In this document: positions 12,937-26,910 of the stretch, piece by piece
Numbering within the stretch: position 1 is the stretch's first letter
Layout: the number at the start of each line of letters is the position of its first letter
From: Octopus sinensis
Lineage: Eukaryota
Assembly: GCF_006345805.1 (NCBI RefSeq)
Contig: NC_043001.1
Location: 63,054,001-63,118,000 of the forward strand
Length of the DNA stretch: 64,000 nt
Direction of reading: 5' to 3'
Notes under the pieces: model-generated
Told to the model about the DNA's origin: nothing
The model's database searches: none
Seen by the model: only the letters and a program-made list of their open reading frames with translations
Program-made: the position numbers and the translations under genes

Positions 12937-13139
12937 CTATCTATAAATGCTCTAATATCTATATAGCCTTGGTTTTTTATCTTATTACGCAAAAAATTCT
13001 AATATATATATAAGTTCAGTAAAAATTTAGATTCAGTTGAATATTAAGTTAAAGGCACCAGAATTTAGTATGGTATTATCCATATAATTCAAAATGGGGT
13101 GATTATAATCAAAATAAGCAACAAGGATATTCAGAGGTA

Positions 13140-13229
13140 ATGCAGTACGATCGTTTCATGCAACTCCATTTAATTAAATAATGCAAGTATTACATCAGTT
13201 TTAAAATGTAGAGCAATCTTCAGCAGTAT
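13140..13229 (-). ncRNA. Hammerhead-like motif with extended stem II
   Basis: Minus strand CTGAAGA-TTGC..(about 55 nt)..GCAT-GAAA-CGATCG-TA; stem I imperfect (ATACTG/CTGCAT). Confidence 0.55.
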
Positions 13230-13339
13230 ACAAATATAGAATTTAGTTAAATTTAAAAGATTCATTTTTATAGTTATTCCATTAACCAACATCACAAAGA
13301 GGGTAAGTAGGTAGACAGTGAAACAAGTTTCATCAACAA

Positions 13340-14295
13340 AAACATAGTAGTAATTAATATTTTTTCATGGAGCCGATTTTACTTTGCTATTTAGATTTAC
13401 TACTGGGGGAAGAGATTTAAGATTATTTTATCAGGTCTAGTGGAAAAGAAAAACAAGAATCTATCTTTTATAGATAGAGAAAGAGACAGTTTAAGTAACA
13501 GAGCCCTTTGAAGTAGAACCCATTTGGTTCAGTGGAATATATTTCAGCTAAAATTAGTAGGCAAAAGCTGATAGGGGTAGGGAGAGTAGAAACTTATAAT
13601 ACTTAACCATTTAACAGCCATAATCCTAATTGTGATTTGAATTAAATAGGTATATAATAGGTATAAGTCTTCTGTAAGACTTATATGCCCAACCAAGTGG
13701 GATATTGGCCGGCTTACTAAGTTTATTCTGGACAATATTCTGCCCCATATAATCCCTAACCTTTCTTTATAATTATGGATTAACACGTACAAGGTAATCC
13801 ATTGCTTTAAATCTTTAAATAATAATGACAGGTATTCTTTCATCCAATTTGATATTAAAGTTATTATTCTAGTATATCCCCTATTCTCCTAAATAAATCA
13901 ATTATTTTTGTTAAAAACCTCTCTCTCATAACTAGGGACGAAATTGATATTATTCTTCTAGCTAGAAAAACTATCATAGAATTTGAGGAAAAATTGTGGA
14001 CTAGGGCTGATACCTCAAATAATTTTGATATACCCATGGGTTCCAGTGACTCGGCGGAGGTCACTAACTTAGTAGGGACTTACTTATTAAGATGCCTAAG
14101 TAGAGAGATCCATGAATTACAAGGAGGTTTATATAGGGATGATGCATTATTCATCATCCCTAGCAGTAATAAATCAATCATTGAGAGAATAAGAAAGAAA
14201 ATTAGTACATCTTTCAAAGATTTTAACTTAAGTATTACTTATGAATATAACACTAAGATAGTTAACTTTCTAGATGCTACTTTAGATTTAAACCA
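13340..14295 (+). mobile_element. Hydra-like PLE RT fragment (decayed)
   Basis: SFIQFDI, LARKTII, FDIPMGSSDSAEVTNLVG, GGLYRDDAL, VNFLDATLDL. Confidence 0.85.
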
Positions 14296-14297
14296 TA

Positions 14298-14580
14298 TCA
14301 GCACAGTCGTCTCTCTTGCACACCACATCTGATGCTTCTTATGTCCAATTTTTTCTCAGGGTGCTTACACTCTGTCGTGTATGCACACTGACAGTACTCC
14401 TGCTACTGATTCGGTCATCTAGGTAATGGAAGCTATCAACTACTTCTAGTTTTTCCCCTGGTATGTGACAGAAGCTGTTTTCTGCACATTTTCAGTGTTT
14501 ATTACCTCACAAAAACTATCTTCCCAGTTAGCTTTCCTTTGATATTGCTGCACCTGTTATGTGCTTACACCGAGTACATC
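14298..14580 (-). mobile_element. RTE LINE fragments
   Basis: Minus strand encodes IRCGVQERRL-like and EVVDSF.YLDD segments resembling the RTE copies at 18150 and 47400. Confidence 0.6.
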
Positions 14581-14621
14581 TTTAAAAAAATATCTTGCAA
14601 GGATATAATAGCAAAAGCATA

Positions 14622-15143
14622 CTGTAAATCTACGAGTATAATCCGCACTTTTCCCAAAAAATTTAAAGGTCAAAATCCCTAGTGCGTACTATATACGATG
14701 TTAAAAATGAAAAATATTTTCTAAGCAATGTCTGAGTCTCTATTTGCTGTCTGGCAATGTTTATTGAGACCCTTTTTGTGATGTCGGGTGCAAAAATACC
14801 TTAAGCTAAGTCTGAAAGCAATGAAGTCCTAAAAGAATCATCCATAACTTGCAGTAAGCAACATTTATTAAAATAAAAGTATTCAGAACACAGAATAACA
14901 TGTAACAAAAACAATTTGCAAACATATTTACATTCCCATATAACAGTTAAGAAGAACACCAGTATTGTATTACGCATGCGCGGAAGTGTTTGTTCGGCTA
15001 GGTGCTGCTGGCTTAATTACGCATGACTCAAGTTAGAGAAGGGGTGCTTATTATACACAAGGTTTAGGTTTTTCAGAGGTACAGCCCCCTAAAAATCCCC
15101 TGCGTATTATACTCAAGGGCGGACTATACTCGAGGATTTACGG
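14622..15143. mobile_element. Tc2/pogo-like MITE
   Basis: TA-CTGTAAATCTACGAGTATAATCCGC ... GCGGACTATACTCGAGGATTTACGG-TA: imperfect TIRs, TA TSD, no ORF. Confidence 0.8.
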
Positions 15144-16162
15144 TAAGTGAAAACTAATATTTATATTGACTAGTTCTGTTCTTTAAATTTTCTAATTATT
15201 GAATGTTTTTGTTCTTTTCTTCCAAAAACAAATAGAAACAATGAAGTGTTAAAAGGCTGAATTTTTATTAACAGAAATTATGCTCATACACTTATCTCTC
15301 TTTGTCTTCACTTTTTCACTGTGTCTCACCAATATACAAACTTGCACTAGATCCACTTCTTTTCCTTCTTCACCTACACAATTTTTGTCTTAAAAACATT
15401 TCTATAGATATCACGTTTGGTTATTATTACCAAAAGTGAAAAGATATGCAAAAATGTTCCCGCCACCAGAGTAACAAATATTTGCAAAATTGTTTCTTCA
15501 CAGAAAGACAATGTTTCATTCTATGTGTGAAAATTTTTAATACTGAAAGTCTGTGGAAACTAATTATTATTAGTGCTGTATCAACAAAATATTGATTAAA
15601 TGCAAGAATTGACAATAAACAAACATTTGAATGGAAAACATTTACTGAGAATATTTGTACAACCATTCCCTAGCTACAATTGCAGAGAATGTTTCAAAGA
15701 TTATGGAGAATGCGAAAATATTGGTAAAATATATCAAGAAATCTATTCTGCCCAATTAATCAGCTTTATATGATTTTTGTCTCTCTGTGCATGATGGCAT
15801 GCCTGTCTTTGTCAGAAAATGAAAACAAAGTCAATATACTCAAATAAACTTCCTTTTAAAAACTGTAAATATATTATCTTTTAAAACTATTTTCTAAAAT
15901 ATTTTAAATGTTGCTATTGTGTGTTTTTGAGCATTCAAGCTTTTGCTCTTTCATGCTTTTGGTATTCTGATCTTGTCATTTGAACTTTTCATTTCTCATG
16001 TTTGGCCTTCTCACTTCCAGCTTCATGATTGGGACCTAGATAAGTTCATATATTTGTGGTACATTGCAATGGAAAATAATGTTCTGTTTGAGGGGCCTTG
16101 TTTTGTCAGCTTTCTCTGTCTATATTTTGTATAATCTGGAACCAAGAAATATATGTAACATC

Positions 16163-16248
<86 letters not shown>

Positions 16249-17596
16249 TATATATGTATGTGTGTGTGTATGTGTATACTACAAAAATATTAATAATCCA
16301 GCTGAAATACTTCATAAGCTCTCTGATGATGAAGATACACAGGCTAACAAATATGCCCTGTGATAGATGTGGGAATCAAGGTATTCTTAAATCACCAGTC
16401 AAATTTGTAAACCTATGGTAAGGTTATCAAGTGGAATTAATAGTTGCTACAGAATAATATAGAAAATTCACACAGATCATGGACTACATACATTTATTTA
16501 AGGCTTATATATGTTTCAGATAAGTATTGGAAGGGGTTAATGTGATTGAACTATAGAACTAGACTCCTCCAATGTTTATCAGAAACATATGTAAGCCTTA
16601 AATAAATGTATAAAATCCGTGTGTGTGTGTTTATGCACCAAGTTCCTATATTAGACAATCTTTCAAGGTTAATAATGCAGTATTTGGTGTTCTGACAAGG
16701 CACCAAAATATTTGAAGGTAATATTTGGATACAAAGATTACCTTCATACCACACCCACCTACACATAAACACACACACACACACATGCACACACCCACAT
16801 TAACCATTCAGGCTGTTGTTGTTTGTTACAAGATTCATCATAGAATTCCTGTCAATCAGCATTAATGGAAGTTATTTCTAACACAATTCTCAGAAGTGAA
16901 TGGTTGGGAGAACACCTTGGAAAATGGTGTAACGAAGAGTATTTCTAGGTTAAATGTCTGGGCTTTTCTCATAGCTTTAAAAATCTTGTACAATACTGAA
17001 AATACCAAACATTCTTGAGAGTAAAATATAACCAAAACTAAAATAATGTAACTTTACATTTAATGAAAACATCAGTTTTATGTTTTTATATTTATGAATG
17101 TTTTGTTGGATGTGAATTTTGGGTTCTTGTAAGATTTTTATTGAAACTCCATTAACCAACTCACTATACTCAGCTGTCTGAGTATTTCATCAATTTTTCT
17201 CAGTAGATAATGAAGTACTGAGTGAACATCAATATATCTATTTGATTATTGATAAATTTAATATTCTACATATCCACTTTGGCTGATATTACAGTTTCAT
17301 AGACAATGAAATAATATTTTATTATACATTCCTTATGTTAAGGTTTATTGGAGAAAACATTCAGTATTTAGCAAAAACTGAAGTTTGCTCTTATCAAATG
17401 GAAACACATATGCGCACACGCACACACACACACACACAGAGCATAGCAATACTAATTACCTGGTATTAGAACTCAATATACACATGCTTTAGAAAAAGGC
17501 ATTAATTAAGTACAGAGTGTAATAAGAGATTACATAAATTACAAAGGAACATAAAATTATGTAATGAGATTCATTACATAATCTCTTTGTCCCTGT

Positions 17597-17638
<42 letters not shown>

Positions 17639-18149
17639 ACACACACACACACACACACAAGTGTGCTAATCCCTTTATTTTCTCACTTTGGTGATCTCTG
17701 TTACATGCTTGAGATGGATATTTGTTTGATTTACCCCTATCATAAAACTTTCATTCATTCACCTGACATTAGTATTATTTTTATAATATTGTTTCAGACT
17801 CTCCATATGCAATGTTTCTTATTTCTTGCTTTCTTTCTCATTTTCCTGCACCTAGTAAATATTTAGTTTTATCATCCTACCCCTGTGACCTATTGTTAAT
17901 CAAATGTTTGGTTTCCCTTCTCTTTCCTTTACAACTTGTTGGATTGTTTAAATTTCTCCTCTAAGACTGTCTTCTCATGAGATTTGTGGTTAGTTTGTTC
18001 ATGATGAGCTCGCCTTTATTCCACATACATAGCTAACCTGGCACTGCATCCCTGCCAGTGACAGTCATATCAATAATATGCCTCTTTCATTAGAGCACTT
18101 AGAAACCTATCTTACCTATTTATTTTACTTCGATTTTTTTTCTTTGCAA

Positions 18150-19800
18150 GCTGTGTGAGAGAGAACTAAAATGTTATAGGTAAGAAGTATATTCAGAATG
18201 ATGAAGGCAAACTCACTGACAATATAGAACAAAAGAAACTGACCTGGAATTGCTATTATGAAAGGCTACTGAATGTGGAGAATGCCAGGAATAAACAGGC
18301 CCATGCTGGCCCAGCGATTCAAGTTAACAGCAGTGTGGTAGATAAGGCATTCAAGAATATGAAGAGTGGGAGAAACAGTCTGTCCATCAGGGCTAGTTGC
18401 AGAGGTGCTTAAAATCTAGGGAAGTAGTAGACACGATTACCATCTGGATAGTTAATCAAGGAGGATTCCCATATCTAATGACTGGTGTAGCAGTGTCATC
18501 ATAAACTGCTACAAAGGAAAAAGTGATTCCTTAGAGAACTACATGAGAATCAAACTTCAAGGTCAAGTTATGTGAGTCATGGAGAAAATCATAGCCCAAT
18601 TGAGCTGTGATAGAGCAGACCTGGATGAATTGCAGTTTCACTTTGTTCCCGGAAGAAGCACCACAGATGCAATCTTTCTAGTGAAGCAACTACGGGTGAC
18701 GGGAGAAGTACCTGGTTAAGAATAAACCACTGTTCTTGGCTTTGGAGAAAACATCTGACAGGGTACTATGTTCAGTAATCTGGCTGTGTTGGGTGTTCAA
18801 GATGCAGCAAATAAGATGAATCCATTGTGAAGATAGTAAGTCCATCAAGTTCAGTCCTTTCCTATTCATCATAGTCCTACAAGCCATCACAGCAGAATTT
18901 ATAACTGGCTGTCCATGGAAACTTCTATATGCTTATGATCTAGTTCTCATAGCTGAATCTATAGAAGAATGAAAGAAATTCCAGGTAATGGAAGCTAAAC
19001 CTGGAATTGAGAGGCTTAAGTTAAATTGAGCAAAGATGAAAGTTTTAGTAAGTAGGAAAGAAGACAAGACTCCATTCCTTTTAGGGAAATGGCCTTGCTC
19101 TATGTGCAGAAAAGGAATAGGTATAAACTCTATATACCTTACTCATTGTAAACTATGGATACACAGGAGATGCATTGGAATCACTGGCAGATTATCCTTA
19201 AATGTAGGCTTATATGCAGTAGATGCGCTGGAGCAGTTCACGTGAGCACACTGGAAATCAAGACTCTTAAATGCCCAGTTGGTTCACAAGAAGTAGGTGA
19301 TAATTTTTGTTACTCCAGGAGATATAATTAGCAAGGGAGGTGGTTGCCTGAAAGTATACTTGTTAGAGCAAGAACTAACTGGAGAAAGTTCAAGAGGTTG
19401 CTGGCACTACTGTCAAAACAGATTTTTTTTAATAAATGTAAATGGCAGACTGTATTAGGCTTGTTTTAGAAATGCCGTGCTGCTTGGTATTGAGACTTGG
19501 TATTGAGTGCAGAGGACCTTAGAAGATTGGAAAGAAATGAAATGAGCATGCTCAAATGGATGTGTAATGTGAATGTGCATGAAAGTATGAGTACAAGACT
19601 GTCGAGTGAAAAACTAGGCATAAAAAGAATTACAAGTTGTTGACACATGGTGCATATAGATGAAGACAGCTGTATAAAGAAGTGCTGATTGCTAAATATG
19701 ACTGGAACTTGTGGACACAAGAATACATGGGTTGAAGTGGTTATGGCTGAGCCTGATAAAGATGACAGAGGACTAAGATCTCTGGCTCAAAAAGAACTGC
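18150..19800 (+). mobile_element. Decayed RTE-type LINE (RT, Cys-rich insert, C-terminus)
   Basis: YKGKSD, FVPGRSTTDAIFLVKQL, GCPWKLLYAYDLVL, KWPCSMCRKGIGINSI..CKLWIHRRC, LERNEMSMLKWMCNV; many stops. Confidence 0.85.
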
Positions 19801-20779
19801 CTTCAATGTTCTGGAAGTGCTATGTACTGTCTTCCCCTCCCACTTTACAGTAACTCATCCCCTTCTCCCATGCTTTAGGCCTGTCTCTTCTTCCCAATCC
19901 CTAGCTTTACCCACTATCCAGTATGTCATCTTTCTTGTTCTCACCTGACAACTCTATCATCTTTAGTACTGCTGCTGCTTGCCCCCCCCCTCTTCTGTAT
20001 CCCTCTATCTCTCCCAGCTTATATAGTTCCTTATTTCTGTTGACTTTGAAAGGTTTAGGGTTAATTCTATTCTGTGACTTTGTTGTAGATTTAAAATAAA
20101 TACTACCAGTTTCATTTATCTCTTCTAATAGAGACTATTTGAAGTAGTACCATTTCTATGTATGCTACCAGCACAATACCTGGCAGCAAGTTGAAATAAA
20201 TTTGTGCCGCAGACAAAATTTATGACAAATGACATGTTTGTAAAAAATATTTGCTGACTTCATTATCTCTGATTATTCCAAAGTTAGTTCAGTTCCTTTA
20301 AAGTGGTATCTTACTATCTAAAATTGGTAAATTTCAGTTCATTTTTGGTTTATGTGCTCGTGAAATCATTTTACATGGAGGATTACTGTGTTCAGCCAGT
20401 GAATGCATTTGGTTAAATTATTGTATAAAACTTCTACTTTAATTAAAGCAGTATATTTTTTGTTGAAGAAAAAAATAGGAAATGTAATCCTGAAGTCTTT
20501 AGAAAAGTGAGATGAATAACTTTTTGACTGGCAAAGATTGTCTGAGACAACAGTTGTATTTACCCGTTGTTTCTACTTGTTGAAAATTTACCATCAGCTG
20601 TCTGACAAAACTTTTTCTAGGATGGTAAGCAATATGCATGCATGCATGTGCACAAACACATATTTGTGTACATATATGTACAAATATACACACAGAAACA
20701 TACAATATATTTATTTGATATACTCATTGAACTTACTTTTAAAATTTGCTTGCTCAGGTAGTTTACAATCTGTTGCTTC

Positions 20780-22200
20780 ATTTTCTGGGGATCTCGTTCT
20801 TATGTGTGTTGGCCTCATGCTATGGGACAGATTTGTATATGGCTTGCATTATAGACAAGAAATGTTGATGTTTCATGTTAATGTCCGGTGTGGAGAGACA
20901 TTTAGGCCAATCCTGTTTGAAGATCTCTTTCTGAATAAATTTTCAGTTCGCTTTATTAAAGTTTAGACTGATTAAATGTATGTCTGCAGCTCCTTTTGGT
21001 ACTTATATCATCAGCTCTATTATATTGTGATTTGTGACTAGTGTCCATGTCACTTTCACACTATGGATATCTATCTTGTTTGTGAAGCAGAGATCCAGTA
21101 TAGCATTTGCCCTGGTTGAAGCACAATTTACTCCATGAATAAAGCATTGGTAAAGTTGAGCAGGGACTCCACCTATGCTTGTTGGCAGGGTGTCAGTCCT
21201 GAGAGGAATACGCTGATGGGTTGTTCCAGTTTAGTGGGAACTATTTTTATGAAGTGGTCTTCAATCTTGCCAATGTGATTTGGAGCATCTTGTGGGTGAT
21301 ACATTGTCGTGGTACTCCATCAGTTATGACAACGAAGATTCCATTTGACCCGATCAATAGAACAGCCTGCTCATGAAATTAACATGTAAGTGGCTGAGCA
21401 CTCCAGACACATGTACCCTTAACGTAGTTCTTGGGAAGATTCAGCATGACACAGTGTGTGACAAGGCTGGCCCTTTGAAATACAGGTACAACAGAAACAG
21501 GAAGAAAGAGTGAGAGAAAATTGTGGTGAAAGGGTTCACCACCACTCCATGCTGGAGCTTCGTGGAGCTTTAGGAGATTTCACTCAATAAGCATTCACAA
21601 TGCCTGGTCTGGAAATCAAAACTGCAATCCCACGACTACAAGTCCGCTACCCTAACCACTGGGCCATTGCGCCTCAATGGGTGATACATAGTACATATAA
21701 CAATATCAAGTTGTCCTATGTGTGCAATTTGAGTATCACATAGTGAATTTGAACATGACAATAGGACCTGGGGTGGGGGACTGAGGTTCTCATGGATGCA
21801 CAAATCAATGACAAAAAAAAAAAGCACTCACAAAGGCCAAATTTCACACAATAACAAAACTAGGAGCAAAAATCGAACTGTAGAACATCAAACTGTAGTA
21901 TATGACAGAATGATCAGAAATACATTACAAACAAGGACAGCTCTTCACAATAAAAAATAACTTCACCTGTGTATGTGAAAACCTAATCTATGCAATAACA
22001 TGCTCAGGATACGGAGAATATTCCATTGGTCAGACAGGATGGGACTTATGACAACACATAAATTACAAATTGAAATACAAGAATAAAGACATGTGCATGC
22101 AGGTAAGAAATAACCAAACTTTACAAGTTTTCCCTCTATATCAATTAACAATAATATAAATCAGCAGTATCACATCAACAAAGAAATATCCTTCATAACC
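20780..22200 (-). mobile_element. Decayed CR1-group LINE 5' part (endonuclease region), interrupted by a SINE
   Basis: 20780-21130 is similar to the reverse complement of 50800-51190 ([31 protein letters not shown]). Confidence 0.7.
21310..21675 (-). mobile_element. tRNA-derived SINE (family A)
   Basis: Head GAGGCGCAATGGCCCAGTGGTTAGG (A box) with decayed B box; about 365 bp. Confidence 0.75.
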
Positions 22201-23187
22201 AAATTCCAACCACATTTAAATTTTTGTGAAAGACAACTACCACCAACACAACTGTCACCTTTGCTAAAGTCACTACAGTGGCTACTACTAGTAAGATGGA
22301 CAACTGTTTTAGCCACTGAGAGTCCTAGCTGCTACCACTAACATCCCTACCTGCTGCCCCTTTCACTAACAGCTGGCCACTACTGTTGTTAACTATTACC
22401 CACCAACAATCAGAAAGAAATGAAATACAGCATCATGTGATCTTTGTAAGGAAAGTATGTGAACTTCCCGAAATGATATGGAAGATTAACTTAATTCATT
22501 TCAATTTATTTTATCTTTTATTTTAAAGCAATCAAAATTTGTAGCTGCTTACTTAGTTAAAAATGTAAATACTTTCTTACTTTTTTCTATTATCAAAGTT
22601 TTCACAGCATTTTATTTTTATTTTTCCCATATGAATTTGCTCATATGAAACCTCTTCATCTTTTAAATATGTGTGTGTGTGTCTACTTGCATGTTTGCTT
22701 GTTGCTATAACAAGAACAGTGACAGCTATTTCAAAAATTTCTTAACAAGCTATTGGTCAAAACATAGATGGCTGTGTCTGTTAAAACACTTTCCTGGTTT
22801 TTACATCACCCCTACCTTCAAGTAATAGACTACTTTGAAAAAGAGTGAGAAGGTCTTCAAGAACTTTTGTTAATATTTTATGATTTCCAAACTATCAAAC
22901 TATCAAGTTAACCTAATTAGTGAGGTGTTAAGTTCTTAATACATTATTTAGTCATTAATTCAGATGGTGATGTATATTGGTTTGGGTTTTGTTTTGTCTA
23001 AAATTGATTCTGCACCCTCCCCCCGATCACCACCTCAGAAAACAAATGACCAACCAAAAGAATCTCAAGATATATACAACTTATTTTATACAAGAATTTA
23101 TTTCTATTTAGTATGAAATCACTTCAAATTAGTTTTTTTATTGTTGTGGAACATGGCAGAAATATTTACAAGTATCACTTTCACTCA

Positions 23188-23356
23188 GACTCTTTTACTC
23201 TCTTTTACTTGTTTCAGTCATTTGACTGCGGCCATGCTGGAGCACTGCCTTTAGTCGAGCAAATCGACCCCAGGACTTATTCTTTGTAAGCCTAGTATTT
23301 ATTCTATCGGTCTCTTTTGCCAAACCGCTAAGTGACGGGGAGTTAAATACACCAGC

Positions 23357-23389
<33 letters not shown>

Positions 23390-23565
23390 CACACACATAT
23401 GTACGACGGGCATCTTTCCGCTTTGTCTACCAAATCCACTCACAAGGCTTTGGTTGGCCCGAGGCTACAGTAGAAGACACTTGCCCAAGGTGCCACACAG
23501 TGGGACTGAACCCTGAACCATGTGGTTCGTAAGCAAGCTACTTACCACACAACCACTCCTACGCC
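23188..23565 (-). mobile_element. tRNA-derived SINE (family B)
   Basis: Head GGAGTGGTTGTGTGGTAAG..GGTTCAGTCCC, central microsatellite, tail GCAGTGCTCCAGCATGGCCGCAG..GAAACAAGTAAAAGAG; same family as 32790. Confidence 0.9.
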
Positions 23566-24367
23566 ATTGGAAATACTTTCTGGAATCAAGAAAAGTCAGG
23601 AACAAAACCTCAAGTTGATATGACTCATGCTCTCATTTAGAGATATATACAGAGTTTCTACTTTCTGATCTCTTTTAGTGGTGGAAGCTAGGGTGCTTTG
23701 TTTGTTTGTTTGTTTTTTTTTGTATTTTTTTTGTAAAAATAACAATCTAGCTGTATTCCAATATTCTAGATAATAACTGTAAATTGAAAATTAATTGTAG
23801 ATGGGAACTGTAATATAGAACATTTTAAAGAGTTCAATGAATAAAAATCAAAGAGAGGGATAGAGAGAAAGAGTGAGGAAAGGTGGCAGTTGATAAAGTA
23901 AATACTGATACATTAATATGTACATTAATATCTTAATACTAGTACATTGGATAGAAACAGAAATGAAGAATTAAAAGATGGTACTGCAAAAAGAAATTTA
24001 TTAAAATTTTTTCCAGTCTATGAATTAATCATTAGATGGTTCTGCATTTAAATATCACTTTATCTGTCTTCATAATTTACATGTCTTGTGGAAAAGAAAC
24101 TAGTGTCATCATTGTATGTGAAATAGCTCCACTGGTGTTAATAGGAGATTGGATAACTGGGCATAAGAAGCAATGTACAATATGGAAAAACAGGCATCAT
24201 TGCAAAATGCCATTATTATAAACTTCCAAAGCCATTTACTACCATCTCTGTGCCTAGTGAGTTGTCAGATTTGCCGTATCACAATAACTCCATATACCTC
24301 CTACTGCACATCCTAACCCCTATAGTACTTTAGTTCAACTATTTAGTTGGAGTTCTGCCAGTTCTAT

Positions 24368-24451
24368 GTTAACCACCTAGCTTCTTTGATAGGACAGGGG
24401 TGCTATTAGGAAATAACACCCCTGTCCTATCAAAGAAGCTAGGTGGGTAAC
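24368..24451. repeat. Hairpin, 30-bp perfect arms
   Basis: CCACCTAGCTTCTTTGATAGGACAGGGGTG (24373-24402) pairs exactly with 24417-24446. Confidence 0.9.
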
Positions 24452-24889
24452 TTTTAAATCATTGTGGTAAGCAAATCCTCAACATTTCACACATGACATT
24501 AACTCATAGCCTAAGTCTCCTAACTGATTCAGCACTGCAACAAAAAAGAACATTTTCTAGGTTGCTTTAAAATGTTAAACTTCATCATCACTGTAGACAT
24601 GAACATGCCTCCTCTTAAAGACTGCATACAAAGATTGGTTCGCCGCTTTAGCTCCAAACTACTACTAACTCTCAACAGCCTAGGTGAGGCCCATAATGGA
24701 GTACTACTCATACATCTAAGAGGCTCTCTACACCTACCAACATATACATACACACATCATAGACACCATAACCAAGTGACTGGCATGAAGTCCTTTCCCA
24801 ACACACTCCAAATTGTGGACAACAGACATGCAATGTCTCTTCCCTCTAATTTTACTACTACTACTACTACTACTACAATGTCCTCTGTA

Positions 24890-25360
24890 CACTTCAGGAC
24901 CACAAGAAGCATCCTGTGCATTAAACAGCACTTATAGCTTGGTTTCTGTGAAGTAAAAATGTTAGTATTGTTGCTCTTTCAGAGACAAGACTAATAGATT
25001 CTGGTCAGCTGAATAAAGTAGTAGGAGGGTACACCTTCTTATGGTTTGGTAAACCTGAGGCAGAAAAACAGGGAATCTGGTGTGGGTTTTGCTATTAGTA
25101 ATGATATTATATATAAACTAGAATCCTTACTAAATGTAATTAATGATTTGTCTTATGTTATTGTGAGTCCCAATTGGCTTAGAAAAATATGCTACACTAG
25201 TAAGTGCATATGCACCAGCATTTGATTCTAGAGATGCAATTAAAGATAAATTCTATTCTGATCTGTGAATATTACTGAACCAAATTCTTAATCAAGATAA
25301 AATTTTTCTTTTAGGGAATTTTAATGCCCATGTTGGATTAGATTACTGAGAATATTTGGC
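24890..25360 (+). mobile_element. RTE/BovB-like APE endonuclease fragment
   Basis: VALSETRL..GYTFLWFGKP..GVGFAI..LVSAYAP..KDKFYSDL..FLLGNFNAHVG. Confidence 0.85.
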
Positions 25361-26910
25361 CTAGAAAGCTTATTACAGTGAATGAAAATGAGATTTGTGT
25401 TTGAAGCATGTGCTTCGTTCTTCATTTATGAAAGAATTTTGAAAGCCTCAATTTGATAAAAAAAAAATACATATTAAAATTGAAATATATAAAACTTTTT
25501 ACTCAATTTAGACATGAATAATTGCTTTCTTTTAGTAAAGGTTATATAATTCCAGCTAAATAATGAGCAGCTTTCTTTATTGTCATATAGATGTTACTAT
25601 CCAATTAAAGGGCTATGTATAAATATATTTCTTTATTGTGGTGTTACTGTTGCAAATGATATGCAGTCATTGGTGAGAAACATTTTCTTGTGCAGAGAGA
25701 TTAATAATTTGGTTGATAAAACTGAAAGATGTAATTGTTAAGTTTTTGTGAGTTTCAAAGATATCTTACATTCTGTTTTTTGAAACATAATATTGAAACT
25801 GGTGTAATCTAAAGATATGTGATGTAATATAATACTTAAGACAGGCAGAAGTGAGATCAATACCTTCACAAAGTTAGGATAAACTTCAGAGACTCTAACT
25901 CGCCACAAAGGGGAAAGATGATCCTGTTGAATGTTTCTGGCTTTGTAATTTAGAATACATGTTATAAGATGTTTAATAATCATTTCAGCTTTAATTCTGT
26001 AAGCAATGAGGTGGATATAGTTGAGAATTGCCCAGTTTTTGTGTCAGTTGATAAGGAGACACAATAGTTTATCAATTTTCTGTGATGGAAATCTGCAGGG
26101 TTTAACTTACTCAGTAGTATGCAATTACTGTTAATTGAGAAGTTAACTTTAACTGTTAATTAATTAACCAAAAAGTTAACTTCAATATTCGTGTATCAGT
26201 TCCTAATGTTAAGGAAGTTATCGATAAACTGTTAACATCAATTAAAAGACCCCAAGAAATCAATTTTTGCTCTAAAACCATTGAAAAACACCATTAAAAA
26301 GTGCCAAAACTATAAAATCCATTAACTTCAATTTAATTGAAGTTAATGGAAGTTAACTGAACTTGAGTTAATGGAAGTTAAATGTAGTGAAAGTTAATTA
26401 GTCCAATAATGATTTCCAAAGTTAAAATGTTAATTTCCTTAATTAATGAGTAACGGCTTGGTTCCCAGTAGGTTTGATAGTATGACAACTAGTAATTGAT
26501 TTATTGATGTTAATATCATTATCATCTCATTAATTCCATACATACATGAGGAAACTAACAATATTAGCTCAGTAATGGAAGAAATTTTCATATTTGATGA
26601 GTGTTGCATATAACACAGTTATCTTGCAGGTTAAAATAATAATAATAGTAATAATGATGTTGAACTATTCAGTTTCATATTCCCTACATTTTGAGAATGG
26701 GTGAGGGGAAAATCAATGTACTTTTGGAAAAAGCTAACACTTAAAATGTTATTTCTGTTTATGGAATGGTCATGTGTGTTTATTTACTTTCTCCTCCCTG
26801 TCTCTCTTTCACAATTCTTCCAAAAGACAAACAGTTTAATATGTATTTATACTTGTGTGTGTGTTATTCTAAATTATATATATCAATACAAACTTTGTAC
26901 ACATCATTAT

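Larger units (their letters stand above)
12697..13006. repeat. Long inverted repeat (about 145-bp arms) of a PLE-type terminal repeat
   Basis: 12697-12843 is the near-perfect reverse complement of 12856-13006; each arm carries a hammerhead. Confidence 0.9.

Noticed and set aside
16302-16417. Plus-strand candidate exon (CAG..GTAAGG)
   Set aside because: Weak acceptor next to a microsatellite; no recognisable peptide.
26095-26460. GTTAAC-rich segment, possible MITE
   Set aside because: Could not define termini or a TSD.
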